Below are positions 1-10,326 of a stretch of 64,000 nucleotides of DNA, one piece after another. A program made the position numbers and the translations under genes. A model generated the notes under the pieces. It searched no databases, was not told where the DNA came from, and saw only the letters and a list, made by a program, of their open reading frames with translations. Origin of the DNA: Baaleninema sp. (lineage in GTDB: Bacteria; Cyanobacteriota; Cyanobacteriia; Cyanobacteriales; Geitlerinemataceae); NCBI RefSeq assembly GCF_049974805.1, contig NZ_JBNGCO010000001.1:23502-87501 (forward strand), given 5' to 3'. Position 1 is the first letter of the stretch. Every line of letters begins with the position of its first letter.

Positions 1-155
1 AATCTAGCCCCGAACCTGACGCCAGCGAACTGCGTCGCTTTGTCTTCGCTGAAGACGAGTAAGGTTGTTGCTGGGAAAGATGACAGGAAAACCCCGGTAT
101 CGCTGAGATATCGGGGTTGTTTTGGGGGGGGATCTGTCGTTGTGGGTCGATCGAT

Positions 156-1097
156 CTACCGCGACAGGGCGGCGAGAATTTCGTCGTCGGTGGAGAAATC
201 CACCTCGGCTTTATCTCGTCCGTTGGCGAGATAGTCGGTTTGGAAGGAATCTTTCAACCCGGAAATCAGGTCGAATGCTGGCGTCCAGTTCAACTCGTCT
301 TGGGCTTTGCGAATGTCGCAGAAGAAATGTTGCGATCGCAAGGGGAACGCCTTGCGTTTGCCGAAATCGAACTGTTTGGGGTCGTAATGCACCAGTTCTA
401 GGGAATCGGCCGATTTCCCCGCCGCCACCGCACAAGCCCTGGCTAAGCCGTCGAAGGTGATGTATCGATCGCCCGAGACGTTATAAATCTGACCGATGGC
501 GGTTTCGTTCCCCAACACCGCCACCATCGCTTTGGCTAAATCGCCGCAATGACCCAACTGGGTGATTTGCATTCCGCTGTCGGGAATGGGAATCGGTCGA
601 TCGCGGACGATGCGATCGAAAAACCAGGCTTCTAAAGGATTGTAGTTCAGCGGCCCGTAAATGTACGTCGGACGAATCGAGGTAAAGGGAACCCCCTGTT
701 TGGCTAAATACTCTTCCGTCTCGAATTTCCCGCGATGGCGACTTTCAGGATCGAGGGCGTCCCCTTCTCGGTGGGGCATTCGATCGGATTTGAGGTAAAC
801 CCCCGCCGAACTGACGTAGATAAAATGTTGGATTTTGTCTTTAAACAAATCCGCTAACGGTTGCGTGTCGCCGAGTTTGCGGCCGTTGTTGTCGAAAATG
901 GCGTCGAAGGACTCGCCAGAAAGCTTTTCGCGCAACTGTTCGGGGTCCGTTCGATCGCCGTGAATTTCCGAGACCCCCTCGACGGGGGCGCTTTTGTTCC
1001 CTCGGTTGAACAAAACCACCTCATGGCCGGCTTCGACTAATTGCTTCGTGAGGTAAACCCCGATAAAGCGGGTTCCACCCATGACTAAAATTCGCAT
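156..1097 (-). CDS. NAD-dependent epimerase/dehydratase family protein (CSP41-like Rossmann-fold protein)
   Basis: 313-aa ORF. N-terminal Rossmann motif MRILVMGGTRFIG. Full-length resemblance, from memory, to cyanobacterial/chloroplast CSP41-type epimerase-like proteins. Confidence 0.8.
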   Translation of the reverse strand: MRILVMGGTRFIGVYLTKQLVEAGHEVVLFNRGNKSAPVEGVSEIHGDRTDPEQLREKLSGESFDAIFDNNGRKLGDTQPLADLFKDKIQHFIYVSSAGVYLKSDRMPHREGDALDPESRHRGKFETEEYLAKQGVPFTSIRPTYIYGPLNYNPLEAWFFDRIVRDRPIPIPDSGMQITQLGHCGDLAKAMVAVLGNETAIGQIYNVSGDRYITFDGLARACAVAAGKSADSLELVHYDPKQFDFGKRKAFPLRSQHFFCDIRKAQDELNWTPAFDLISGLKDSFQTDYLANGRDKAEVDFSTDDEILAALSR

Positions 1098-1177
1098 CTG
1101 ATACCCGTTGAGTTTTTTCGATGAATACGATCGAGCCTGTTGTAGACGTTTGCATCGACGTTACTTGAGCGATCGTA

Positions 1178-2308
1178 TCAAAACTCGTCCGCCGTCCGGA
1201 GAAAACGCCGTTGAGAACGGGCGACGGGAAGGGAAAAGCGAAAGACACTCCCCCGTCCGAGTTCGCTTTCGACTTCGATGCGTCCCCCTTGCAGTTCCAC
1301 CAGTCGCCGGGTAATTGCTAAACCGATTCCCGTTCCTCCGGAATAGCGGTTTCGCGACTGTTCGGCCCGCCAAAATCGATCGAAGACGTAGGGTAAGTCT
1401 TCCTCGGCGATGCCGATTCCCCTGTCGCTGACTTCCACCCAGACGGTGGAACCGACCGCCTGCGCCCGCAAGCCGATTTTACCCTCGTCGGAGTAGCGAA
1501 CGGCGTTTCCGAGTAGGTTGACGAGGATTTGTTCGGTGCGATCGCGATCGGCCCGAACCTCCGGTAAATCCTCGGGACAGTCCAAATACAAACTCAACTC
1601 TTCGGGGAGTTGTTCTGAGAGGCGATCGACCAAAGACACTAACAACGGCTGTAACGGCATCGGTTTGGCGTCGATGGTGAGATACCCCGCCTCGGCTTTC
1701 GAGAGTTCTTGTAAATCGTTGACTAGCCGTTCCAGGCGTCGGGTTTCCTTGGCGAGTTTGTAATAGGTTTCTGGGGTGGGATTGAGGCGTCCGTCCGCCA
1801 GTTCCTCCAGATAGCCCCGCATTACCGTCAGCGGCGTTCGCAGTTCGTGCGTCATGTCGCTAATGAGGGTGCGGCGACGCTGTTCGATATCGATGATGCT
1901 GTCCGCCATGCGGTTGAAACTGAGGCTGAGTTGGTTGAATTCGGGAATTTCGCTTTTGGGCATCCGTTCGTCAAATTCGCCTGCGGCAAATTTCTGGGTG
2001 ATTTGTCGCATTCGCCGTAGGGGTTGGGTGATACGTTTGGAGAGCCAATAGCTGAGGATTCCGGCGGCGGAAGCCCCCGTGATGACCGACCAAAAGGTGC
2101 TGCGGTTCCAGGCGATTTCAAAGCCTTTGACGAGATAGGTTTTTACTGAACGCACGCTGAAAAATTCGGTGTGTTCCATGCGTTCGATTTGTAGGAGGAA
2201 TTGGCGCGGGGAGTAGATTTTGCTAATCAGGATAAAGCTCCCTAAGCCGACGAGCATCACGAGGAGATGGGAGAGAAATAAGCCTCGTCTGACGTTGAAT
2301 TTCACCAT
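1178..2308 (-). CDS. Membrane sensor histidine kinase (2 TM, HAMP, HisKA, HATPase_c)
   Basis: 376-aa ORF. Hydrophobic N-terminus, H-box MTHELRTPLT, N-box LLGNAVRYS, G-boxes DRGIGI and GGTGIGLAI. No response regulator gene is adjacent. Confidence 0.9.
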   Translation of the reverse strand: MVKFNVRRGLFLSHLLVMLVGLGSFILISKIYSPRQFLLQIERMEHTEFFSVRSVKTYLVKGFEIAWNRSTFWSVITGASAAGILSYWLSKRITQPLRRMRQITQKFAAGEFDERMPKSEIPEFNQLSLSFNRMADSIIDIEQRRRTLISDMTHELRTPLTVMRGYLEELADGRLNPTPETYYKLAKETRRLERLVNDLQELSKAEAGYLTIDAKPMPLQPLLVSLVDRLSEQLPEELSLYLDCPEDLPEVRADRDRTEQILVNLLGNAVRYSDEGKIGLRAQAVGSTVWVEVSDRGIGIAEEDLPYVFDRFWRAEQSRNRYSGGTGIGLAITRRLVELQGGRIEVESELGRGSVFRFSLPVARSQRRFLRTADEF

Positions 2309-3301
2309 TTTGGAGAGTTTTGGAGGGTTCGTAACAGAGGCACGGAAGACCGGGAGATTTTCAGGGTTTGAAGATTAATTTTTAGATATATTTTGAATAC
2401 ATTTTATGTGATTTTTATAAAAATTGTCGAGCTTTGATAAGATTGGTTAAATTATCCTTCTATCAGATCCCCCTAAACCCTAGCTTTTTCTGGGTTTAAT
2501 GAGTTATATTCATGAATTGATAATTAGATATTGTTTTGACGGGTAGTTTTGCGACGAAAAGGATTTTACAATTAATTATTTTACAATTAATTTAAAATTA
2601 TTTAAAATCAACCGAAACTGCAATCGAACGGCGGGTAATTTTATCCGGTATTTTTTGGCAGCAGTCGGAAGGAATCCGGTTCTTCTGAGATTACGGTGTC
2701 ATTTGTTAATTTAAATATAAAATCTGGGTAGGGTCGGACTGGGTATAAAATCCGCCGATCGCCTCAAACTCCGAATACCCAGGAATCCTCGAGATTTCAG
2801 GGGACGATCCCGGATTGCGCTTGTTCTTTATTGACGAAACGCTCTAATTTTTTAGACCATTTTTTATACCATCTTCCGAACAGGATTTACTTAAAACGAT
2901 TCTCGATCGAATTTTAGAACGCTATGGGTAAGAAATGGATATTCCGCTTCAGGGTATTTTGCGATCGCAATTAATTTAACGAGCGGCGGCGTCGATAATA
3001 CATGACAATCGATTGGCAATTTATCAAGGTTTTGTCATACCAAAAGTATGGATTTGACGGCGCGATCGATTGGCGTTTTACGCTGGAGAATAGAGAGCCA
3101 TACAGGAGGTCGATCGCAGTCTATTTTTGCCGGATATAGACGTTAATTGACGGGTGCATTTCCGGCGTCCGTTCGAGTAAATCCAAGCCGTAAAAGAGTT
3201 TTTAAAAGCAATGCGATCGCCATAAATTTAGCTGTTATTTTCACCCACCCCCAACCTCTCGATATCCTCGGTGTCTCTGAGGGTGAAAACACCAATTGAG
3301 G

Positions 3302-4450
3302 CTAAGCCAAATATTTCCCCGCCCACTGCGTCAAATCCCGTCCCTGAATCGCCGCCGCCATCAACTCCGGAAACCAATCCGGCGTACAAGCAAAACAGGG
3401 AACGCCCAAAGCGGTCAATCGTTCGGCATTCCCATGAGAAAAATCGGGGGCGCCATCGTCGTTTAACGCCAAAAGCGTCACCATCCGAACCCCCGATCGC
3501 ACTAAATTTTCGATACGATCGAACAGAGCCTCAACATTCCCCCCTTCAAACAAATCGCTAATTAACACCAAAATCGTATCGAGAGGGCGGTGAATCTGGC
3601 TCTGACAGTAGGCCAACGCCTGTTGAATGTCCGTTCCGCCGCCGAGTTGCAGTCCAAACAGCAGATCGACCGGATCGCCGAGATCCGCTGTCAAATCCAC
3701 CACCGACGTATCGAACGCCACAAAACGGACGTTGACCGCCGAGAGGGACGCCAAAACCGCCCCAAACACGCTGGCGTACACCAACGAGGTGGCCATCGAG
3801 CCGCTTTGGTCGAGACACAGCACGATATCCTGAAGAGACGACCGTTTCCGACCGTATCCAACGAGGGTTTCGGGAATTATCGTGCCGTATTCCGGTCGAT
3901 AGTGCTTCAAATTCGCGCGAATGGTGCGATCCCAGTTAATCTCTCGATAGCGGGGTCGGCGGTTGCGACGGGCGCGATCGAGACTTCCGACGACCGCTTG
4001 ACGGGTGGTTACAGCCAGACGGCGGTTGAGGTCTTCGACCACCTGACGCACCACCTGACGGGCAGTTTCTCGAGTTTCGACGGGCATGGCATCTTTGAGG
4101 GCGAGTAAGTCCCCCACCAAACGCACGTCCGGTTCTACCTGGTTCAGAAGCTCCGGTTCGAGGAGCATTTGCCGCAAATCCAGACGCTCGATCGCATCTT
4201 GTTGCAGGATTTTCACCACAGAATTGGGAAAATAGGATCGGATGTCACCAAGCCAACGAGCGATATTGGGAGAGGAACTTCCTAAGCCCCCGCGACGGTC
4301 CGAGTCGTACAAAGCTGATAAAGCGCGATCGAGTGCCTTATCGCGAGGGTCGAGTATTCCGTCGTCGGTTGTCCCTTCCTCGGCCTCAGAGCCGAGAACC
4401 AACCGCCAACGACGCCGATCTTGGGAGTCTGAAGTGGAAATCACGGGCAA
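3302..4450 (-). CDS. VWA domain protein, CoxE-like
   Basis: 382-aa ORF. MIDAS motif LDQSGSM followed by a VWA-like beta-alpha pattern. N-terminal region is typical of CoxE-type VWA proteins. No MoxR/CoxD ATPase gene next to it. Confidence 0.8.
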   Translation of the reverse strand: MPVISTSDSQDRRRWRLVLGSEAEEGTTDDGILDPRDKALDRALSALYDSDRRGGLGSSSPNIARWLGDIRSYFPNSVVKILQQDAIERLDLRQMLLEPELLNQVEPDVRLVGDLLALKDAMPVETRETARQVVRQVVEDLNRRLAVTTRQAVVGSLDRARRNRRPRYREINWDRTIRANLKHYRPEYGTIIPETLVGYGRKRSSLQDIVLCLDQSGSMATSLVYASVFGAVLASLSAVNVRFVAFDTSVVDLTADLGDPVDLLFGLQLGGGTDIQQALAYCQSQIHRPLDTILVLISDLFEGGNVEALFDRIENLVRSGVRMVTLLALNDDGAPDFSHGNAERLTALGVPCFACTPDWFPELMAAAIQGRDLTQWAGKYLA

Positions 4451-4612
4451 TATTGCTTGAATTAAGTATTAATTGTTGTGGGGCGCGAGTTACGAGTCCC
4501 CGGTAAATCTATACAATTTAGGCAGTAGGTATCCTTCGATACGCGATAGTTTTCTGGTTCCATCGGTGCATCTCGTTTCTGTTACAGACTGGTCGTCTTC
4601 TTCCACTCCGGC

Positions 4613-7600
4613 ATGAAATTACGCAAAAAAACCTTACTCATCGTCGGTGCGGCGTTGGTGGCGCTCAATTTAATGTTATACGCCACATCTTCGTTCGTTT
4701 TGCTGCGCGACTTCGATCGCCTTGAAGAACGATACGTTCGCCAAGATGTTGTCCACGCCCTCGGTGCGATCTCCTCGGAAATTGCCAGTACCAACACTAT
4801 GGCCCGCGACTATGCAGAGTGGGACGATACCTATGAGTTTATGAAAACGGGCAATCGAGAGTACGTGCGATCGAACCTCGTCGATTCGACGTTTTCTTAT
4901 CTCAATCTTAACGTAATGGTTTTCGTCGATGGCGAGGGAAAGATTCGATTTAGTAAAGGATTCGATCGCCGCCGTCAAACCGCTGCGCCCCTACCGGAAG
5001 ACTTGACGAGCCACCTGCAACCGGACAGTCCCCTTCTGCACCACGACGATCCCCAAGATAGCGTCAGCGGCATTCTCAAACTCGAGCGGGGGGCGATGAC
5101 CGTAGTCTCCCGTCCCATCGTCACCAGTAGCGCCACCGGCCCCTCTCGAGGCAGCCTCGTGGTCGCGCGAGATCTCGATCGCACCGAAATCCAAAAAATC
5201 GGCCACCGCACCCAACTCTCCCTCTACCTTTACGATGTCAGCGATGCCGAGCTTCCCGAAGACGCCCGACAAGCCCTGGCGACGATCGATCGCGGCGTCA
5301 ATATCTGCCAAAGCGCGACCCAACTGGCGGGAGACTTGGAACTCGACAGCCACGAGATCGCCATCGTTCCCCTAACGGCGAACCCCGACCCTCCTCCCCC
5401 GGACTCGAGACAGGAAACCACCGAACCCTCCTTCTGGCGATCGCCCCTCCCGCCGACCAATGTGGCGTTTTCCACCAAGGAACGAATTGCCGGATATACC
5501 CTCCTCAACGACATCTACGGCCAACCCACCCTGTTATTGCGGGTGGATTCCCCTCGCGTCATTTACCAACAGGGTCAAGCCAGCCTGAAATACTTCACCG
5601 TCATCCTCTCCGGGGTGGGCTTCGCCTTTAGCGGCTTGACGTTGCTGTTAGTGGAAAAACTGGTGCTGTCGCCCTTAGCGTCTCTCACCGAGAGTGTGAG
5701 TCGCGTCGGCGATCGCGGCGATTTGGAGATGCGCCTCGAACCGGTCGGTCAAGACGAACTTTCGAGCTTAGCCCAGAGTATCAACAAAATGCTCGACGCC
5801 TTGGGTCGATCGCAGTCCGAACGGCAGGAAACCGAGGAACGCTATCGCCTAATGGCGGAAAACTCCACCGATCTCATCGCCCGCCAGCGTCCCGATGGAA
5901 CCTTTATCTACGCCTCCCCCGCCTGCGAGGTTTTGTTGGGATACAAACCCGAAGAACTCGTCCACAAACAGGCGCGGGATCTCGTTCACCCAGAAGATTT
6001 AGAGAGTTTCCTCTCTTCGACAGTGGAAGCGCTCTCGTCTCCGGCAGCCCTCACCATCAGTTACCGCATTCGCCACAAAGACGGCCATTACGTTTGGTTC
6101 GAGACCACCAGTCGCGCCGTCTGCGACCCCAACACCCAAGAAGTGCGGGAAGTGGTCACCGTTTCCCGAGACATTACCGAACGCAAACTGGCCGAAGAAG
6201 ACCTGCGGGAAAGCGAAGCCTCCATTCGCGCCATTTACAAAGTCACCTCCTCTCGCCAGCTCGATTTCGAGGAGCGGTTGCAGGGATTGTTGGAGTTAGG
6301 ACGCCAGCGGTTCGGTATGGAAATCGGGATTTTGTCTCGGATTGAAGACGATCGATTCGAGGTGGTGGTCGCCCAATCTCCCGAGAACGCGATCGCACCG
6401 GGGGATGTGATGGATTTGGAAGAGACCTACTGCTATCGCACCATCGAAGCCCAAGACCCCCTGTACTTCGAGTTTCTGCTCATGTACGGGACGAACGTAC
6501 CGCCGAAATACGGGCCGTTCCGCATTCAAGCCTATATCGGTACGCCGCTGGTGGTGGCTGGAGAAGTCTACGGAACCTTGAGTTTTTCGAGTCGGATTCC
6601 CTTACGCGACCCCTTCAAACCGGTCGATCGTGAAATCCTCAAACTCATGGCTCAGTGGATTGGCGGAGAAATCGAACGGCAACAAACCGCCGCCGACCTA
6701 GCCCGCACCCGCGATCGCGCCCTGGCCGCCACCCAAGCCAAAAGCGAGTTTCTGGCCACCATGAGCCACGAAATCCGCACCCCCATGAACGCCGTCATCG
6801 GCATGACTGGCTTGCTGTTAGATACGCCCCTCTCGCCAGAACAGCGGGATTTTGTCGAAACCATTCGCAGTAGCGGCGATGCCTTGCTGACGATTATCAA
6901 CGATATTCTGGACTTTTCTAAAATCGAATCCGGCAAGCTCGAACTCGAACAGCATCCGTTTGATTTGCGGGCTTGCGTCGAACAATCCCTCGACTTACTG
7001 GCCTCGAAGGCATCTGGGAAAGGCTTGGAACTGGCCTATCTCATGGACGAGAACACCCCCGTCAGCATTTGCGGCGACGTGACCCGAGTGCGGCAGGTCT
7101 TGGTGAACCTGCTGAGTAACGCTGTGAAGTTTACTGACGCCGGGGAAGTGGTGATCTCGGTGACGGCCGAAGCCCTCGAGGGAGATCTCGAGTGTACCCG
7201 TTGTAACGGTCAGGGAAACGACGACCTTCCTCTCTACGAGATTCAGTTCTGCGTGCGCGATACCGGAATCGGCATTCCCTGCGATCGAATGCACCGCCTG
7301 TTCCGCTCCTTTACTCAGGTGGATTCCTCTACCACTCGTCAGTACGGCGGTACCGGACTCGGACTCGCCATCAGCAAACGCCTTGCAGAAATGATGGGCG
7401 GCCGGATGTGGGTCGAAAGTATGGGGGTTTGTACCGGAGATCCTCCAGAAGACTTCGCGATTACCACCTGCGCTGAAGATCGCGGCTCGATTTTCTATTT
7501 TACGACGGTTGCCCGCACTGCCCCCGCCCCCGCCGCCTTCGAGAACTTCGCTCCCGAAGTGGAACTGCGAGACAAGCGGCTGTTGGTGGTGGACGATAAC

Positions 7601-8812
7601 GAGACCAACCGTAAAATCCTCGCTGTGGCAACCCACGGTTGGGGTATGGACACCCACACTCTCGCCGACGGTTATGCAGCCTTAGAGGTGTTGGAATCCG
7701 AACCGCCCTTCGATTTGGCGATTCTGGATATGCAGATGCCCAAGTTGGACGGGTTGAGTCTGGCGCGGAAAATTCGCCAGCGGGAGAAAGGGAAAACGCT
7801 GCCGTTGGTGATGCTGACCTCGATGGGGTCGGACGTGAAGGATGCCAACGTGGATTTGGCGGCGTTCCTCAACAAACCCATCAAACACTCGCAACTTTAC
7901 GATGTACTCGTTAGCGTTTTGCAGGGGCGGCCGGTGTTGCGGGAATATACCGAAGCCCCGAAACTGGACGTTCATTTAGCCGAACGTCTACCCTTAAAGA
8001 TTTTGGTGGCGGAAGATAATGCGGTCAACCAGAAGGTGGCTACGCAAACCCTGGGACGTATGGGCTATCGTGCCGATGTGGTCAGCAACGGGTTGGAGGT
8101 TCTCGATGCCCTCCAGCGCCAGCATTACGATGTGGTGTTGATGGACGTGCAGATGCCGGTGATGGACGGTTTGGAGTCGGCGCGGCGTATTTGTCGGAAA
8201 TGGTCGTCCGAACGTCGGCCCTATTTGATTGCGGTGACGGCCAACGCCATGCAGGGCGATCGCGAAGAGTGCATTCAAGCGGGAATGGACGATTACATCA
8301 GTAAACCCATTCGCGTAGACGAACTGGTGGACGCCCTGAGTCGCTGTCCGGTGGCCAGCCATCTGGATGCGGCGGAATTGACCAACGGCAACGGGCCGAG
8401 TCCCTCTGTGGGCAACTGTACGGAGTCCTTAACGTCGCCGTCTCCTTCGCCTAAGCCGGAAGCTTACGCCACGCCGTTGAACGAGAAAACGTTGGAGGAT
8501 TTACGGGAAATCGAAGCGTTGGAGGAGTTGATCGAATTGTATTTCGAGGAAGCCCCGAAATTGCTCGATCGCATCGACAGGGCGATTCAAACGGACAATG
8601 CCGAACTCTTGCGAGATGCCGCCCACTCGATGAAATCTACCAGCGCCGCCCTCGGTGCGATGCCCCTCTCGGACATTGCCAAGCAACTCGAACGCATTGG
8701 CAAGGAAGGGGAGTTAGCGGATGCGCCGTCTCTTTGGACTCGCCTACAATCTCAATACCAACGCACCATCGAAGCCCTGGAACGGGAATCTCAGGTGACG
8801 GAAGCATCGTGA
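4613..8812 (+). CDS. Hybrid sensor histidine kinase/response regulator (CHASE4-like sensor, HAMP, PAS, GAF, HisKA, HATPase, 2x REC, Hpt)
   Basis: 1399-aa ORF. N-terminal TM plus periplasmic domain, then second TM and HAMP. PAS (MAENSTDLIARQ...), GAF-like segment, H-box MSHEIRTPMN, G-box GGTGLGLAI. Two receiver domains (DLAILDMQMPKLDG, DVVLMDVQMPVMDG). C-terminal Hpt (AHSMKSTSAALG). Confidence 0.95.
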   Translation: MKLRKKTLLIVGAALVALNLMLYATSSFVLLRDFDRLEERYVRQDVVHALGAISSEIASTNTMARDYAEWDDTYEFMKTGNREYVRSNLVDSTFSYLNLNVMVFVDGEGKIRFSKGFDRRRQTAAPLPEDLTSHLQPDSPLLHHDDPQDSVSGILKLERGAMTVVSRPIVTSSATGPSRGSLVVARDLDRTEIQKIGHRTQLSLYLYDVSDAELPEDARQALATIDRGVNICQSATQLAGDLELDSHEIAIVPLTANPDPPPPDSRQETTEPSFWRSPLPPTNVAFSTKERIAGYTLLNDIYGQPTLLLRVDSPRVIYQQGQASLKYFTVILSGVGFAFSGLTLLLVEKLVLSPLASLTESVSRVGDRGDLEMRLEPVGQDELSSLAQSINKMLDALGRSQSERQETEERYRLMAENSTDLIARQRPDGTFIYASPACEVLLGYKPEELVHKQARDLVHPEDLESFLSSTVEALSSPAALTISYRIRHKDGHYVWFETTSRAVCDPNTQEVREVVTVSRDITERKLAEEDLRESEASIRAIYKVTSSRQLDFEERLQGLLELGRQRFGMEIGILSRIEDDRFEVVVAQSPENAIAPGDVMDLEETYCYRTIEAQDPLYFEFLLMYGTNVPPKYGPFRIQAYIGTPLVVAGEVYGTLSFSSRIPLRDPFKPVDREILKLMAQWIGGEIERQQTAADLARTRDRALAATQAKSEFLATMSHEIRTPMNAVIGMTGLLLDTPLSPEQRDFVETIRSSGDALLTIINDILDFSKIESGKLELEQHPFDLRACVEQSLDLLASKASGKGLELAYLMDENTPVSICGDVTRVRQVLVNLLSNAVKFTDAGEVVISVTAEALEGDLECTRCNGQGNDDLPLYEIQFCVRDTGIGIPCDRMHRLFRSFTQVDSSTTRQYGGTGLGLAISKRLAEMMGGRMWVESMGVCTGDPPEDFAITTCAEDRGSIFYFTTVARTAPAPAAFENFAPEVELRDKRLLVVDDNETNRKILAVATHGWGMDTHTLADGYAALEVLESEPPFDLAILDMQMPKLDGLSLARKIRQREKGKTLPLVMLTSMGSDVKDANVDLAAFLNKPIKHSQLYDVLVSVLQGRPVLREYTEAPKLDVHLAERLPLKILVAEDNAVNQKVATQTLGRMGYRADVVSNGLEVLDALQRQHYDVVLMDVQMPVMDGLESARRICRKWSSERRPYLIAVTANAMQGDREECIQAGMDDYISKPIRVDELVDALSRCPVASHLDAAELTNGNGPSPSVGNCTESLTSPSPSPKPEAYATPLNEKTLEDLREIEALEELIELYFEEAPKLLDRIDRAIQTDNAELLRDAAHSMKSTSAALGAMPLSDIAKQLERIGKEGELADAPSLWTRLQSQYQRTIEALERESQVTEAS

Positions 8813-8814
8813 TT

Positions 8815-8917
8815 TAGAGGGGGAAATTGGGAAATTGGGAGATTGGGAGAGGGGGAGAGGGGGAGACTTGGGGAAATTCTCATTACCTCATCATCCCATC
8901 ATCCCATCATCTCCCGA
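8815..8917. repeat. Simple-sequence array: purine-rich GGGAAATT/GGGAGA repeats followed by a CATCATCCC array (GATGGG-family repeats in inverted arrangement)
   Basis: Read directly: gggaaattgggaaattgggagattgggagagggggagagggggag ... ctcatcatcccatcatcccatcatctccc. It fills the gap between two convergent gene ends. Confidence 0.7.
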
Positions 8918-10000
8918 TCACGACGCCACGACGGAAGCGTGGGGACGGGCGAAAATCATGCGTCCGGCGGAGGTTTGTAGGGCGCTGGTGACGACGACTC
9001 GCATTTCGCTGCCGATGGCGTCGGAACTGTCTTCGACGACCACCATCGTCCCGTCTTCGAGATACCCCACCCCTTGGGCGGGTTCTTTCCCGGTTTTGAG
9101 GATTTTTACCTCGAAGCTGTCGCCGGGAAGGTAGGACAACCGCACCGCTTGGGCGAGGTCGTTGACGTTGAGGACGGGGACTTTTTGCAGGGTGGCGACT
9201 TTGCTGAGGTTGAAGTCGTTCGTCAGCAGGGTTCCGTTGATTTCTGCCGCTAGTCGTACCAGTTTGGCATCGACGGTCATGGGTTCGTCGTAGTCCGCTG
9301 GGTGGATGGCGATGCGATCGGGGTAATCCTCTTTCATTTGGTTGAGGATGTCGAGACCCCGGCGTCCCCGTACCCGCTTGCGATCGTTCGACGCATCGGC
9401 CACCTGTTGCAGTTCTTCGAGGATGAACTGCGGGACGAGAAACTGACCTTCGATAAAGCCGGTATCCAGCAGGTTTTGAATGCGGCCGTCGATAATACAA
9501 CTGGTGTCGAGGATTTTCGTGGCGGCGGGTGTGAGCGTTCCTTCGGCTACCATCAGGGTTTCGACGCTGTTGGGGTTGAGCAAGCGCAAAAACGCTCGGC
9601 CGTGGGTGTCGGCGAGGGTGACGCCGAGAAATCCGAACATGACGCTTCCTAGGACGGCGAGGAAGGGTTTGATGAAGGTAAAGTCTTTGGGAACGGGAAC
9701 CAGGAAGACCGGCGCCAACATGAGGTTGGCTACGAGTAATCCTGCCACTAACCCGATCGCTCGGGTTAGCAGGACTTCGAGGGGCATTTCGCGAATGTTG
9801 GCTTCGATGCGGCGGTAGGTGGTTTGCACCGACAGGCCGATCATTCCGCCGACAATTGCGGTGAAGCTGGCTACGACCCAGCGCAAGCCGTCAATGTTGG
9901 TGACTTGCTGCATCGCACTACCCGGAAGCAGTTCGATACTGTAGAAGCCGATGCCTGCTCCCGCTATGATGAATGAGATGATGATGAGTGCGTCGAGCAT
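8918..10000 (-). CDS. PIN/TRAM domain-containing membrane protein (YacL-like)
   Basis: 360-aa ORF. Four hydrophobic N-terminal helices, PIN-like core (ILDTSCIIDGRI...), C-terminal TRAM-like segment (GDSFEVKILKTGKEPAQGVGYLEDGTMVVVED). Confidence 0.8.
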   Translation of the reverse strand: MLDALIIISFIIAGAGIGFYSIELLPGSAMQQVTNIDGLRWVVASFTAIVGGMIGLSVQTTYRRIEANIREMPLEVLLTRAIGLVAGLLVANLMLAPVFLVPVPKDFTFIKPFLAVLGSVMFGFLGVTLADTHGRAFLRLLNPNSVETLMVAEGTLTPAATKILDTSCIIDGRIQNLLDTGFIEGQFLVPQFILEELQQVADASNDRKRVRGRRGLDILNQMKEDYPDRIAIHPADYDEPMTVDAKLVRLAAEINGTLLTNDFNLSKVATLQKVPVLNVNDLAQAVRLSYLPGDSFEVKILKTGKEPAQGVGYLEDGTMVVVEDSSDAIGSEMRVVVTSALQTSAGRMIFARPHASVVAS

Positions 10001-10326
10001 CGTTCTAGCCGATTAGACGAATCGATCGGAGCGGAAAACGTTTCGGGGAAACGTTGGGGGTTTGAGAGGGAGAATGGTTCTCTGGCTCTCAAAAAAATTT
10101 GACATGGGTTTATTATAATGGTCGATCTCCCTGACGATCGCCCTCGATTTTAGGGGGCAAAACCGAACTCGTCTCGGGCCTCTGTTCTTTGACGAGTTGT
10201 CTGAGATAGGGTTGGTGTTGGAGAGCGAGACGGTCTTGGGGAAACTACAACGATACGATCGACCGTTCCTCAAATGTTGTTGATTTTTTGGGTTGAAATC
10301 CTCGATCGAGTTTTGGGATTGGATTT

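Noticed and set aside
8907-9500. 197-aa minus-strand ORF overlapping the PIN/TRAM gene in another frame
   Set aside because: It is Arg/Pro/Ser-rich nonsense, and the PIN/TRAM frame explains the region.
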